From Candidatus Thorarchaeota archaeon (GTDB lineage: Archaea; Asgardarchaeota; Thorarchaeia; Thorarchaeales; Thorarchaeaceae): a stretch of DNA of 64,000 nt. The notes under the pieces are model-generated. The model was not told the origin of the DNA and searched no databases. It saw nothing but the letters and a program-made list of their open reading frames with translations. The stretch is from the NCBI GenBank assembly GCA_046482545.1, contig JAWOEX010000028.1:1-64000 (forward strand). Direction: 5' to 3'. Every line of letters starts with the position of its first letter. Position 1 is the first letter of the stretch. A program made the position numbers and the translations under genes. Below, in pieces: positions 9,697-19,069 of the stretch.

Positions 9697-10725
9697 TCAG
9701 AAATCGTGAGCATAAGAGCTTGAGTCTTTGGCGGCCTGAATCATGGCACGGACGTTTTCTGCAGGACTTGTCGGAGGAATGTCACATCCAGAAGCAAGAA
9801 TCATCGGTCCACTACGGCCACCATTATTTATCGCTTGTCTGCTGGCCTCTAGTACGCTCTCAGGGGTTCCTTCCATAAGCTGATTGGCGGGATCAACATT
9901 ACCTACCAGCGTTGCGTCTGGTACCTTCTCTCTTGCGTCCTCCAAGTTCAGAGGAGCATCAACACTAAGACCATCTGCTCCGGTTTCTTCCATCTTATCG
10001 ATAATTCGCAGGACATCGCCACATACATGGTAGACGGCATTGGTTTCTCCATCATGCAACCAATCAACGATTTCCTTATCATATTGCCAGAAGAAGTCCT
10101 TGTACATCTCTGGGGAGACCATATCTGGTGAGGCAACAGGGTCTGAAAAATCAACAACGTCTACCAAATCAAGAAAAGGCTCTATTGCAGCTTTCCAGAC
10201 CTGAGTACTCCAATTGAATATCCTGTGCACTGACGGTGGATCCTCAATGAGTTGCATCATGATGGTTTGCGTTTCCATGAGACGAGATACATTGGAAACA
10301 GGCCCAATAGTTGCAAGCCAGATACATTTCTCGTCTCCAACTTTTTCAACCAACTGCTTCACACATTCCAGTGCTGCCTGAGTTCTTGGTTCCTCTGATG
10401 AATCGAATTGCCCTATATCATCAATATCAGATGCGTCTTTAATCGCCGGTTCCTTTACAATCGGGAAACCGCCTTCAGGTATTTTCAGTTCTGAACCGAA
10501 GTACTCGGGAATAATAAGAGGGCTGAACATGGGGCAGACAGCATCAGCGTCGAAATCATTATCAAAACGCATCCAAGCTTCAGCCATCGCATCTGCATCA
10601 CGGTCGACTTCAATCAGGCGCATGCCGTAGTAGTTGTATGTCCAAGCAGTAGATACAACGCTTACGGGAATTCTTTCTGGTCTTTCCCCACTAAGAGCAG
10701 TCTCAATGAGCTCTCGAGGTAGCAT
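9697..10725 (-). CDS. MtaA/CmuA (UroD-family) methylcobamide:thiol methyltransferase-like protein
   Basis: GERPERIPV start, Zn-binding YHVCG and ASGCD, LVGNVDP, ENVRAM; directly downstream of the corrinoid protein gene. Confidence 0.85.
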   Translation of the reverse strand: MLPRELIETALSGERPERIPVSVVSTAWTYNYYGMRLIEVDRDADAMAEAWMRFDNDFDADAVCPMFSPLIIPEYFGSELKIPEGGFPIVKEPAIKDASDIDDIGQFDSSEEPRTQAALECVKQLVEKVGDEKCIWLATIGPVSNVSRLMETQTIMMQLIEDPPSVHRIFNWSTQVWKAAIEPFLDLVDVVDFSDPVASPDMVSPEMYKDFFWQYDKEIVDWLHDGETNAVYHVCGDVLRIIDKMEETGADGLSVDAPLNLEDAREKVPDATLVGNVDPANQLMEGTPESVLEASRQAINNGGRSGPMILASGCDIPPTSPAENVRAMIQAAKDSSSYAHDF

Positions 10726-10730
10726 TCTGA

Positions 10731-11372
10731 TTACACCTTTCCCGCTAGGTTGACAGCCATGTCAACTGCCTCCATTGCATCTTTCCCATATCCATCGGCA
10801 CCTATTTTCTCGGCGTAATCAGGAGATACAGGTCCACCACCAACCATGACTTTGGTGTTCATACCGTTTTCCTTCACAGCATCCGAAATCTCCTGCATCT
10901 TAAGCATTGAAGTGGTCATCAATGCTGAGACAGCAATGATGTCGGCTTCATTTTCTTCAGCCGCTTTGATAAATTCGCTGGAAGGAACGTCAGTTCCTAA
11001 ATCAATTACTTTGAAACCTGTGGCGTCCAGCATGGTCTTGACAAGATTCTTGCCTATTGAATGAATGTCTCCTTCGCAAACACCTATGACAACAGTCCCA
11101 CTAGCCTTGGTATCAATCTGAGTGAGGAGAGGTTCGAGGACTTCCATGCTGGCTTCAAACGCCTTCGCTGACATGAGAATCTCAGGTACGAAATATTCCC
11201 CTCTCTGGTATAATTCGCCAACTTGCCGCATTGCTTTGGAACAGCCTTTTGTTACAATGTCAAAAGGGGCGATTCCGTTATCAATCGCTTTTTGTGTCAA
11301 CTCGGGAACTTGCTCCCGATCGCCTCCGCGTATCGCTGTGATTAGGTCATCAAGGGCTTTGTTGTTAGGCAT
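10731..11372 (-). CDS. Corrinoid (B12-binding) protein, MtaC/MttC-like
   Basis: EYFVPE cap domain, GDIHSIGKNLV (DxHxxG), SALMTTSM, MVGGGP, IGADGY. Start re-called to ATG at 11372. Confidence 0.93.
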   Translation of the reverse strand: MPNNKALDDLITAIRGGDREQVPELTQKAIDNGIAPFDIVTKGCSKAMRQVGELYQRGEYFVPEILMSAKAFEASMEVLEPLLTQIDTKASGTVVIGVCEGDIHSIGKNLVKTMLDATGFKVIDLGTDVPSSEFIKAAEENEADIIAVSALMTTSMLKMQEISDAVKENGMNTKVMVGGGPVSPDYAEKIGADGYGKDAMEAVDMAVNLAGKV

Positions 11373-11482
11373 GAATGGGTACACCTCTAGGGATATGAGC
11401 TTCTTCAAATAGGAACGAGAGTGTGTAGAAACCATACGATATAAGAACGTTCTACAAGCGGTAAAACCAAAGTGGCGAGATT

Positions 11483-12499
11483 ATGAGTAAACCAAACCCT
11501 ATTGATTTCGTGAGAAATGCGATTGAGAATCGACCGCCGGACAGAGTACCTGTGATTCCGCTCGTGGGCCTTGTTTCTTCAAGACTTTCGAACTACTCGT
11601 TGCGGGAACTAGTCCATGATGCCGACAAACAGATCAAGTCTCAACTTGCAATGCTGAAAGAATTCAGGTATGATGGAGTTATAGATTGTATGGATTTAAC
11701 CGTGGAAGCAGAAATGTTGGGTGCTGGAGTTGAATTCAAAGATAAGGGATTTCCCTACGTAAAGAGGCACCCATTTGATAACAGTGAAGACATCAAGGAT
11801 TTGGCTTTCCATGACATCCATGATTCAAGACTAGGAGTCTTCATTGATACCATCAGGGGTCTTGCACAAGCAGTCGGAGAAAGCCATTTAGTCAGCAGCT
11901 ACGTGATTGGCCCATTCACCCTTGCTGGTCACCTTCTCGGTATAAATGATTTAATGGAACTGACGATTGATAATCCTGAATCAGCTAAAGATTTGGTATG
12001 CCACTGCGGGAGAATTCTGACGCCGTATATCGAAGCACAGATTGAAGCTGGTTCCCATAACGTCATCGTTCTTGAACCAACTGCAAGTACAAGTATCATA
12101 TCACCCAGATTTTTTGAGATGTATGCACTCTCGGAGCTCCAGAAAATCAATTCGCTCATCCATGAGAAAGGAGCATGGGGAACATTACACATCTGTGGGC
12201 ACACAACCCCAATTCTCGAACTAATGGTTAGAACTGGAGCTGATGCTCTGAGTCTGGATTCCGCAGTGAGTCTGAATATAGCCAGACAGAGGATCAGTAA
12301 AGAAGCCACAATTATGGGCAATGTGGATACTAGTACAATGCTCACAGGTACACCTGATGAAGTAGCTAAGGAATCAAGGCAGTGTATCCAAGATGCAAAC
12401 GGTCCGGAAGGTGGTTTCATACTGAGCACAGGCTGTGACATGCCGATAGAGACCCCACTTGAGAATCTCAGGGCTCATGTCAACACCGCTCTTGAATAG
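11483..12499 (+). CDS. Second MtaA/UroD-family methyltransferase-like protein (divergently transcribed)
   Basis: DRVPVIP, DLTVEAEMLG, GPFTLA, LHICG, STGCD, TPLENL. Confidence 0.87.
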   Translation: MSKPNPIDFVRNAIENRPPDRVPVIPLVGLVSSRLSNYSLRELVHDADKQIKSQLAMLKEFRYDGVIDCMDLTVEAEMLGAGVEFKDKGFPYVKRHPFDNSEDIKDLAFHDIHDSRLGVFIDTIRGLAQAVGESHLVSSYVIGPFTLAGHLLGINDLMELTIDNPESAKDLVCHCGRILTPYIEAQIEAGSHNVIVLEPTASTSIISPRFFEMYALSELQKINSLIHEKGAWGTLHICGHTTPILELMVRTGADALSLDSAVSLNIARQRISKEATIMGNVDTSTMLTGTPDEVAKESRQCIQDANGPEGGFILSTGCDMPIETPLENLRAHVNTALE

Positions 12500-12565
12500 G
12501 AACGGTGGCATACGGTGATCCTCAATAAGCAACATAGGATTTTCCCGGGCAGAAGATCTGGGCAA

Positions 12566-13819
12566 TTATTCTAATCGTTCCTTCAGTCGGTGTATTGCAC
12601 GGGATATTGTGTCATGTTCGGGGGCAAACGAGACCCGTAAGTAGTTATCTCCCACGGTACCAAAATAGCGACCTGCCATCATGAGAACGCCGGTTTTGGA
12701 TAAAAGGTAAGCCATGGTAGTCTCAGAGGGAGAGCTACCATCGGTTAGTGCCTTCAGCTCGTCATCCGTCAGTAGCTTCGTGATTTCTTTGTCCTTCCTG
12801 AGAAGGTGAGTCATTTGGTCCATCTTCTCCCCTAGTAAGTCATGAAGTGAAACCATCATGAATAAGCTGCCATTTGTTTTCACGGGTTCGAGGTAGGGTA
12901 TGTCATTCTCGAAAGCATCAATGAGCAGATCTGATCTCTTCTGATACTCTGTGAGCATGTATTCGACTGAAACCTCGGGGCTGCTTAGTGCTGCAACAGC
13001 TGCATGCTGCGAAAGAGTTGGAGCACAAATTGAGGTCTGTTCATGAATTCTTTTGTAGCAATCCATAAACTGCTTAGGCCCTATTATCCAGCCTATTCTA
13101 AATCCAGCCATTGCATGGCTCTTTGAAAGACCACAAATGGTTATGGTACGATTCTTGAAATCAGAAAGGGATGCAATGCTGACATGCTTAGCTCCACGAT
13201 AGACCAGTCGTTCATAAACCTCATCTGCTATTATGAACAAATCATTATCCTTAGCAATTTCACCTATTGCCTGTAGATTCTTGGCACTCCACACTGCACC
13301 GCTTGGATTGCTCGGGGTATGTACGATAATAGCCTTAGTAGAATCTGTGACGGTATCATTGATTGCTTCTACATTCGGCTGGAAGTTATTCTTTCTCAGC
13401 GAGGGGACTTGAACGGGTTTGCCCCCCAATATCTTGATCATTCGACTGTATCCGAAATAGGCAGGAGTTGGTACGATGATTTCGTCATTATCCTCAAGAA
13501 GGCATTGGAATGTATTGTAGATTGCAGGCGACGTTCCAGATGTGATTACAATGTCTTCTTCCACATCGAATGCGAAATGATTGTACTGCTTACATTTTTC
13601 TAGCACGACTTCTCTCAGCTTGAGAAGGCCTTCATCTGGAGAATAGTGTGTCCTACCATCTCGAATGGCTGCTACTGCGGCGTCTTTGACATAGGTTGGA
13701 GTCTCGAAGCCCGGCTCCCCAATGCAGAGACTGAGAATATTCGGTATCTTGGCAAGACGCAACACTAAATCGATTCCACTACGAGGGAGTCCTTGAATTC
13801 GCTGATTCATCTTTGGCAT
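12566..13819 (-). CDS. PLP-dependent aminotransferase class I/II
   Basis: GEPGFETP, TPSNPSG, ADEVY, GLSKSHAMAGFRIG, YLRVSF. Start re-called to MPKM (13819). Confidence 0.92.
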   Translation of the reverse strand: MPKMNQRIQGLPRSGIDLVLRLAKIPNILSLCIGEPGFETPTYVKDAAVAAIRDGRTHYSPDEGLLKLREVVLEKCKQYNHFAFDVEEDIVITSGTSPAIYNTFQCLLEDNDEIIVPTPAYFGYSRMIKILGGKPVQVPSLRKNNFQPNVEAINDTVTDSTKAIIVHTPSNPSGAVWSAKNLQAIGEIAKDNDLFIIADEVYERLVYRGAKHVSIASLSDFKNRTITICGLSKSHAMAGFRIGWIIGPKQFMDCYKRIHEQTSICAPTLSQHAAVAALSSPEVSVEYMLTEYQKRSDLLIDAFENDIPYLEPVKTNGSLFMMVSLHDLLGEKMDQMTHLLRKDKEITKLLTDDELKALTDGSSPSETTMAYLLSKTGVLMMAGRYFGTVGDNYLRVSFAPEHDTISRAIHRLKERLE

Positions 13820-14015
13820 ATAGTTGAACCTCGATGTATTCAACTGCAGCTAACTCCCTCAAAACTCATTCGACTATGGTAAAAGGAAGCACGGTCGGTA
13901 TAAGGAAAGAATTTTGTTGGAGTTCAATCAATTGAGCCAAAAAAATGACAGTGAGAGAACCATCGAAAGTGAGCACATAGATGATGGTTCTCCCTATCGA
14001 CTGTTCACTATTGCT

Positions 14016-14747
14016 TTACAGATTCAGTCTCTCTACAACAAATTCGGGAAAATCAAGCATCCTCATCTTCCCGTCACTTCGCTCTGTTGCTTCACGTAAA
14101 TTGAATGTGCAAAAGGGACAGGCAGTAGTCAGGATGGACGCACCGGTTTCTTTGGCTTCGTTGATTCTTGTGTCTGCTGCCTGTCGGGCTTTATCCCGAT
14201 TAGTGGACCGAACACCTCCACCGGCACCACAACATGATGCAGTCTCCTTGCTCTTGTGCATCTCAACCAACTCCACATCTGGAATGCTTTCTAAAGATTC
14301 TCGTGGAGCGTCGTAAATTCCCATATGCCGACCAACATGGCATGGATCGTGGTAGGTGATGCCAACCTTCTCACCCTCAGGAAATTCTATGCGCCCCTCG
14401 TCTATTAGCTCCTTCAGCAAGGTGGGAAAGTGAATCACCTCGAAGGGAAGCTCCTCACCCAAAATCTTCGGGTAGTCGAGAGCAAGAGTGCGGAAACATC
14501 CAGCACATGCAGTGACCACACGGTCAGCTCCTGCATCCTTCAAGGCTTCTACGTTGTGTCTCGCCATTTCTTTGGCCTGGTCTTGATAACCAGTTCTCAA
14601 AGCCACACTGCCACAACACCATTCGTCCTCTCCCAAAAGCTTGAAATCAACACCAGCATGTTTCAGTACTTTGATGGTGGATTCAGCTATCTCGGGCAGT
14701 CGATAAGTCGCCATACATCCTGCAAAATAGACTATCATTTGTTTCAT
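14016..14747 (-). CDS. CCG-domain (HdrD/GlpC/GlcF-like) Fe-S oxidoreductase subunit
   Basis: YFAGC...WCCG...CAGC and YHDPCH...CCGAGGG...CPFC. Confidence 0.9.
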   Translation of the reverse strand: MKQMIVYFAGCMATYRLPEIAESTIKVLKHAGVDFKLLGEDEWCCGSVALRTGYQDQAKEMARHNVEALKDAGADRVVTACAGCFRTLALDYPKILGEELPFEVIHFPTLLKELIDEGRIEFPEGEKVGITYHDPCHVGRHMGIYDAPRESLESIPDVELVEMHKSKETASCCGAGGGVRSTNRDKARQAADTRINEAKETGASILTTACPFCTFNLREATERSDGKMRMLDFPEFVVERLNL

Positions 14748-15145
14748 GCCTCCGCTAGTTCTTTCAATCTGTTGCGCTCCTTTGGATTCTCGCCAAAGGG
14801 ATTGTGTGTTTCTCTGATATTCTTAGCAATCTCCTTCGAAACCTCATTACCATATCCTTTCTCAACGAGCTCGGCTCTCGCAGCCTCCACAACTGTAGGG
14901 ATATCAAGACCCGAAAGACAGGTAGCTTGACAATTTTTGCATGTGGTACACTCATAGAGACGACCCGCAACTTCGTCCCAATCGAGCCACCCCTGCAATA
15001 AGGCATAGAGAATCGTCATCTTACCTTTGGCGCTATGTGATTCTAGCTTGGTTTCCTTGTAAATAGGGCAATTCGATTGACAGAGTCCGCAGCTTACGCA
15101 TTCCATGATAACGTATTCGTAGTCTTCAATAGCCATCTTTCTCAC
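14744..15145 (-). CDS. 2x[4Fe-4S] ferredoxin subunit (separately encoded N-terminal half of an HdrD/GlcF-like protein)
   Basis: CVSCGLCQSNCP, CTTCKNCQATC, HNPFG. Confidence 0.88.
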   Translation of the reverse strand: MRKMAIEDYEYVIMECVSCGLCQSNCPIYKETKLESHSAKGKMTILYALLQGWLDWDEVAGRLYECTTCKNCQATCLSGLDIPTVVEAARAELVEKGYGNEVSKEIAKNIRETHNPFGENPKERNRLKELAEA

Positions 15146-16599
15146 TCCCAGAGCTCCTTATCCTCCACATAGGCGGGATAGGTGAATTGAACACCCTCGT
15201 CACGTTCTTCTCGATCCAATCCCATCTTTCCCGGATTGAGTATACCTTGTGGATCGAAAAGCTGTTTGATTTTCCTGTCGAAATGCAATGCCTTGTCGCC
15301 TAGTGCATTCCGCACATATGGATTTCTGACATAGCCAAGACCATGTTCAGCAGTCAATACGCCGCCTATGTTTTGAACGTAATCAATGATTTCGCGTTCG
15401 GCTTTTTTCATTCCAGTCCAATGATCACTACTCTTCGGATCAATAAGCACAGCTGGATGAATAATCCCGATGCCAGTGTGACAAAATACCGCGGCAATTA
15501 GTCCATGAGATCGGATAATATTGCCAATCTTCCTCATGGCATCTGCCTGTTTGGAGAGTGGGACACATGGGTCTGCAGCAGCGAAACCAAACTCTCGATA
15601 TCCAGGATTCGTTTCCATAATTGCTACATCGACTTCCATTCTTGGAGCCCAAAGCCTCCTAACTCCTGCATCATCACTTGCAACCGTGACTTGTTTGCCA
15701 CCATGATTTTCCAGAATGGCTGTTACAACATCGATTCTTCGCTGCAAATCTTCTTCGCTATAGCCCTGAAGGTCACCAACAAAATTGCCTTCACATTCAG
15801 GGAATCCGAAGTCCATTACATCGTCAATTGTGCTGACAGTGTAGCCATCAGTTGCTTCCAAGGTACCAGCATCTACGCCAGACATATGTATCTCAAATGA
15901 AGCTTCCATCAGATCATCAAGATCATCGAAGAAGGCACCGACACTTGCTTCAACGGGGGGTCTCGGAATAAGTCGGATAGTTGCCTTCGTAATTATCCCT
16001 AACGTTCCTTCTGAGCCTGCAATCAGGGACATAAGATTGAAACCCATATTGCTTCTTGGCGGTCTGCCGCCAAGCTCCATAACCGAGCCATCAGCAAGCA
16101 CCACTTCCATTGCCTGAATCCACGAGCTCACACGCCCATATTTGTAGGCGTGATGTCCATTTGAATCGGATGCTAGGATTCCTCCCATGCTTGCAGCATC
16201 ATGGCTTCCTACATCGTGTGGAAAAGCCAATCCCTGTTTCTGCAGTTCATGGTCAAAGGTCTCATACCTGACTCCTGGCTCAACGACAGCAATCATATCC
16301 TCGGTGCTTATCTCGAGGATTCGATCCATCCGCGACAAATCAATTATTATTCCTCCATCCACTGGTAGGGATGAACCTTGGAAAGAAGCACCTCCTCCGC
16401 GCGGGGTTATGGGAATGTTTTCGTCCGCGGCCAACTTCACAATCCTGATGACCTCTTCCCGGGTTGTCGGAAAGACAATCACATCCGAAACAGCGAAATA
16501 CGGCGTTAGGTCTCTTGCGTAGGCTACGCGGTCAACCTTATCGGTGACGAGATTCTCGCTTGGTACAATCTTTTTTAGTGAATCTATGTAATTACTCAT
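15142..16599 (-). CDS. FAD-linked 2-hydroxyacid oxidoreductase (GlcD / D-lactate dehydrogenase family)
   Basis: PRGGGASFQG, VEPGV, GSEGTLGIIT, TAEHGLG, FDPQGILNPGK. Start re-called to MSNYI (16599). Confidence 0.9.
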   Translation of the reverse strand: MSNYIDSLKKIVPSENLVTDKVDRVAYARDLTPYFAVSDVIVFPTTREEVIRIVKLAADENIPITPRGGGASFQGSSLPVDGGIIIDLSRMDRILEISTEDMIAVVEPGVRYETFDHELQKQGLAFPHDVGSHDAASMGGILASDSNGHHAYKYGRVSSWIQAMEVVLADGSVMELGGRPPRSNMGFNLMSLIAGSEGTLGIITKATIRLIPRPPVEASVGAFFDDLDDLMEASFEIHMSGVDAGTLEATDGYTVSTIDDVMDFGFPECEGNFVGDLQGYSEEDLQRRIDVVTAILENHGGKQVTVASDDAGVRRLWAPRMEVDVAIMETNPGYREFGFAAADPCVPLSKQADAMRKIGNIIRSHGLIAAVFCHTGIGIIHPAVLIDPKSSDHWTGMKKAEREIIDYVQNIGGVLTAEHGLGYVRNPYVRNALGDKALHFDRKIKQLFDPQGILNPGKMGLDREERDEGVQFTYPAYVEDKELWE

Positions 16600-17028
16600 A
16601 GGCTGTAATATCTCCAGAGAACAGTGTTTTGTGTTGAAGAAGTTACACTGCTCAATACTATTTTCTTTGTCAGAATCAACACCAAGCGGATTCATGCAGA
16701 AGATAACTAAAAGCGTCTCGGATGTGGCAGAACCATCAGCTGAAGCAATAATCGCATTTTGTATGCAACTATCAGTTAGCAAACGCACAATACAACATCT
16801 AAAACCTACTAGGTTTCAGATTGTTACGCCTACATAGCTATACTGCAAAGGGGCTCGAATACAAAAGCTAAGCTATTGCCTGAGCGCTTTCCTTGTTCTG
16901 AAGACCTGTAGAAAGGCAAGAATGAGTGGAAAAACTTTGAAAGTCCGATTTCCACAATCTCATTAGGTATAATCTGTTGCATGTATAGATATCTGAGTAT
17001 CAAAACTTTCAGAAGAGGAATTCCACAC

Positions 17029-17907
17029 ATGAGTAAGAGATTTGGTATTGCTGGGCTGCAGTTGAAGAGGGAAAGCAGCGACCCTCAAGGGAATATGGAA
17101 AAATTCAAGTCCGTGTCGCGAAGTACTATCCAAGAATTCCCGTGGATCGACCTTTTATTCACGGGCGAGTATTACCTTCAAGAGCATAAAGGGGGGGAGA
17201 GTTGGAAAGATTATGCTGAAAACTTCCCGAATGCGATGACGGACGAGATTGCTGAACTGGCCCGGGAGCTTGGAACTTGGATTATACCAGGAACACTGAT
17301 TGAGCAGACGAACAAGGGAATTTACAATACGGCCTTTGTCTTCAACCCCATGGGAGAAATTGTAACATCCTATAGGAAGGCTTTCCCATGGCGGCCTTCA
17401 GAGGACTATGATTATGGCGATCAGCTGGTCGTCTTTGATGTGGAAGGCTTCGGAAGAATTGGGTTGTCAATCTGTTACGATCTCTGGTTTCCGGAAGTCT
17501 TTCGGACATTATCTTGGATGGGTGCGGAGGTAATTCTTCATCCGACAGCCAATCCGATGCCTGACAGAGATACAGAGATTATGCTCGCAAGAGCTCAAGC
17601 AGTCTTCAATCAATGCTACGTATTGAGCCTTAACACCACAGAAGAAATTGGGGGAGGGTATTCAGCATTTATAGATCCTGAGGGACGAATGCTGAGAGAG
17701 TCGGGTAACCAAGAAACAGTTCTCACATCCGTAATAGATTTTGACCATGTGTCTTGGGTGAGAGAATATGGCACTTTTGGGAACACACCAGTTTGGAAAA
17801 GCCTTCGTGAGTCCAAACTGAAAGGCGATTTTCCAATCTACAAGAATTTTGAAGAGGGGGAAGTATTCAAGGGTTTGGGAGAGCTTGAGCGGAAAGAGAC
17901 CCTCTGA
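17029..17907 (+). CDS. Carbon-nitrogen hydrolase (nitrilase / omega-amidase family)
   Basis: Glu-Lys-Cys triad in FTGEY, YRKAFP and ICYDLWFPE. Start re-called to 17029. Confidence 0.9.
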   Translation: MSKRFGIAGLQLKRESSDPQGNMEKFKSVSRSTIQEFPWIDLLFTGEYYLQEHKGGESWKDYAENFPNAMTDEIAELARELGTWIIPGTLIEQTNKGIYNTAFVFNPMGEIVTSYRKAFPWRPSEDYDYGDQLVVFDVEGFGRIGLSICYDLWFPEVFRTLSWMGAEVILHPTANPMPDRDTEIMLARAQAVFNQCYVLSLNTTEEIGGGYSAFIDPEGRMLRESGNQETVLTSVIDFDHVSWVREYGTFGNTPVWKSLRESKLKGDFPIYKNFEEGEVFKGLGELERKETL

Positions 17908-18002
17908 GACCGATTCAATTCAGTCCAGAACGTTCTCCGAACATGGAAGATTGCTGCACCCAATTGGGTGCAGCAAACAATTCTCATACAATACTGTATA
18001 TT

Positions 18003-19067
18003 CTACTCGCTTAGCTTACCCCGCACAATCTTGTATATAACAAACACTAGAATAAGGAGAGCAAATACTCCACCGTATCCCAGTAGTAGATTCTGGTCAA
18101 AGAATCCGAAGTACAATCCCAAAATCGGAATTGCTATGAGGTAGCCGTTGACTGCTTGAAGGAATACATCGATTCCCAAGCTCTGAACTACAACCATCAC
18201 AGACTCCCAGCCAACTACAATCCACCCGTACATGAAAGCCGCAATTGGATCCGAATGGTAGAACATGAGATATACGAAGGTACCAAAAATCCCGAATACA
18301 GCCGCAAATCCCGCATAGTCAATCGCCCTGAAGTCAATGTCTTCGACGTATGTACGCTCTTTCCGAGCACCAAAGGCACGGGCATTGATTGCAACTTCCA
18401 AGTCCATCGCCCTTCTGAACATCAGGAGTAGAAGGGGGGTTATAATCGGGATGTATGCCCGACGAATCTTCTGGAAGAAATTGGCTTTCTCAATATCAAA
18501 AGCGCGTATCTTCTGAGCATCAATAATGGCTTGCCAGCTTTCTTGGACCAGTGGTACGAACCTCATTGCAGTAACCAGCATGAAGATCATTTTCTGTGGA
18601 ACCCTGATTTTCGCTAATGCTGCATTCAGCCGTGACATTGATGTGGTCATAGTGAAGATTGGCAAGACTGTCACTACAACTATAATCCTAGTACTCACCA
18701 ACAGACCAAAAAGAATACCACCAATTGTTAGGTGACCGTAGTTCACGCCTTCTAGACCGGGTGCCGGTAGATTGAATAACTCAAGCAGCGTTGTCTGATC
18801 TCCGTAGCGATACGTAAGCCCTTGAACTATCATGAGAAATAGGACCATCCATTTCATCAGACTCAGGAGGAATCCCAAGCTCCGCAGTTCTACCTTCCCA
18901 GCAAGCCACCAGACCGTTGCAGTCAATATCCAAAGAACCATTATGGCAAGGTCTGAGATTTCATTCACCAATAGTGCAAAAATGAGTGCAAAACTAACAT
19001 AGGTGAGTTTCACCAGGGGGTTCATTCTGTCAAGAATGGTGTCTTTTGGTATATATTGAAAAGCCAT
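18003..19067 (-). CDS. ECF transporter transmembrane T component
   Basis: MNPLVK, MRFVP, DAQKIRA and AINARAF Arg motifs; multiple TM segments. Confidence 0.9.
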   Translation of the reverse strand: MAFQYIPKDTILDRMNPLVKLTYVSFALIFALLVNEISDLAIMVLWILTATVWWLAGKVELRSLGFLLSLMKWMVLFLMIVQGLTYRYGDQTTLLELFNLPAPGLEGVNYGHLTIGGILFGLLVSTRIIVVVTVLPIFTMTTSMSRLNAALAKIRVPQKMIFMLVTAMRFVPLVQESWQAIIDAQKIRAFDIEKANFFQKIRRAYIPIITPLLLLMFRRAMDLEVAINARAFGARKERTYVEDIDFRAIDYAGFAAVFGIFGTFVYLMFYHSDPIAAFMYGWIVVGWESVMVVVQSLGIDVFLQAVNGYLIAIPILGLYFGFFDQNLLLGYGGVFALLILVFVIYKIVRGKLSE

Positions 19068-19069
19068 TT

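Noticed and set aside
16600-16788. N-terminal extensions in the ORF track (glcD-like, hdrC, nitroreductase, amidohydrolase 57958-58236, ABC ATPase)
   Set aside because: The extensions run through AT-rich promoter DNA or overlap neighbouring genes; downstream starts fit the family N-termini better.
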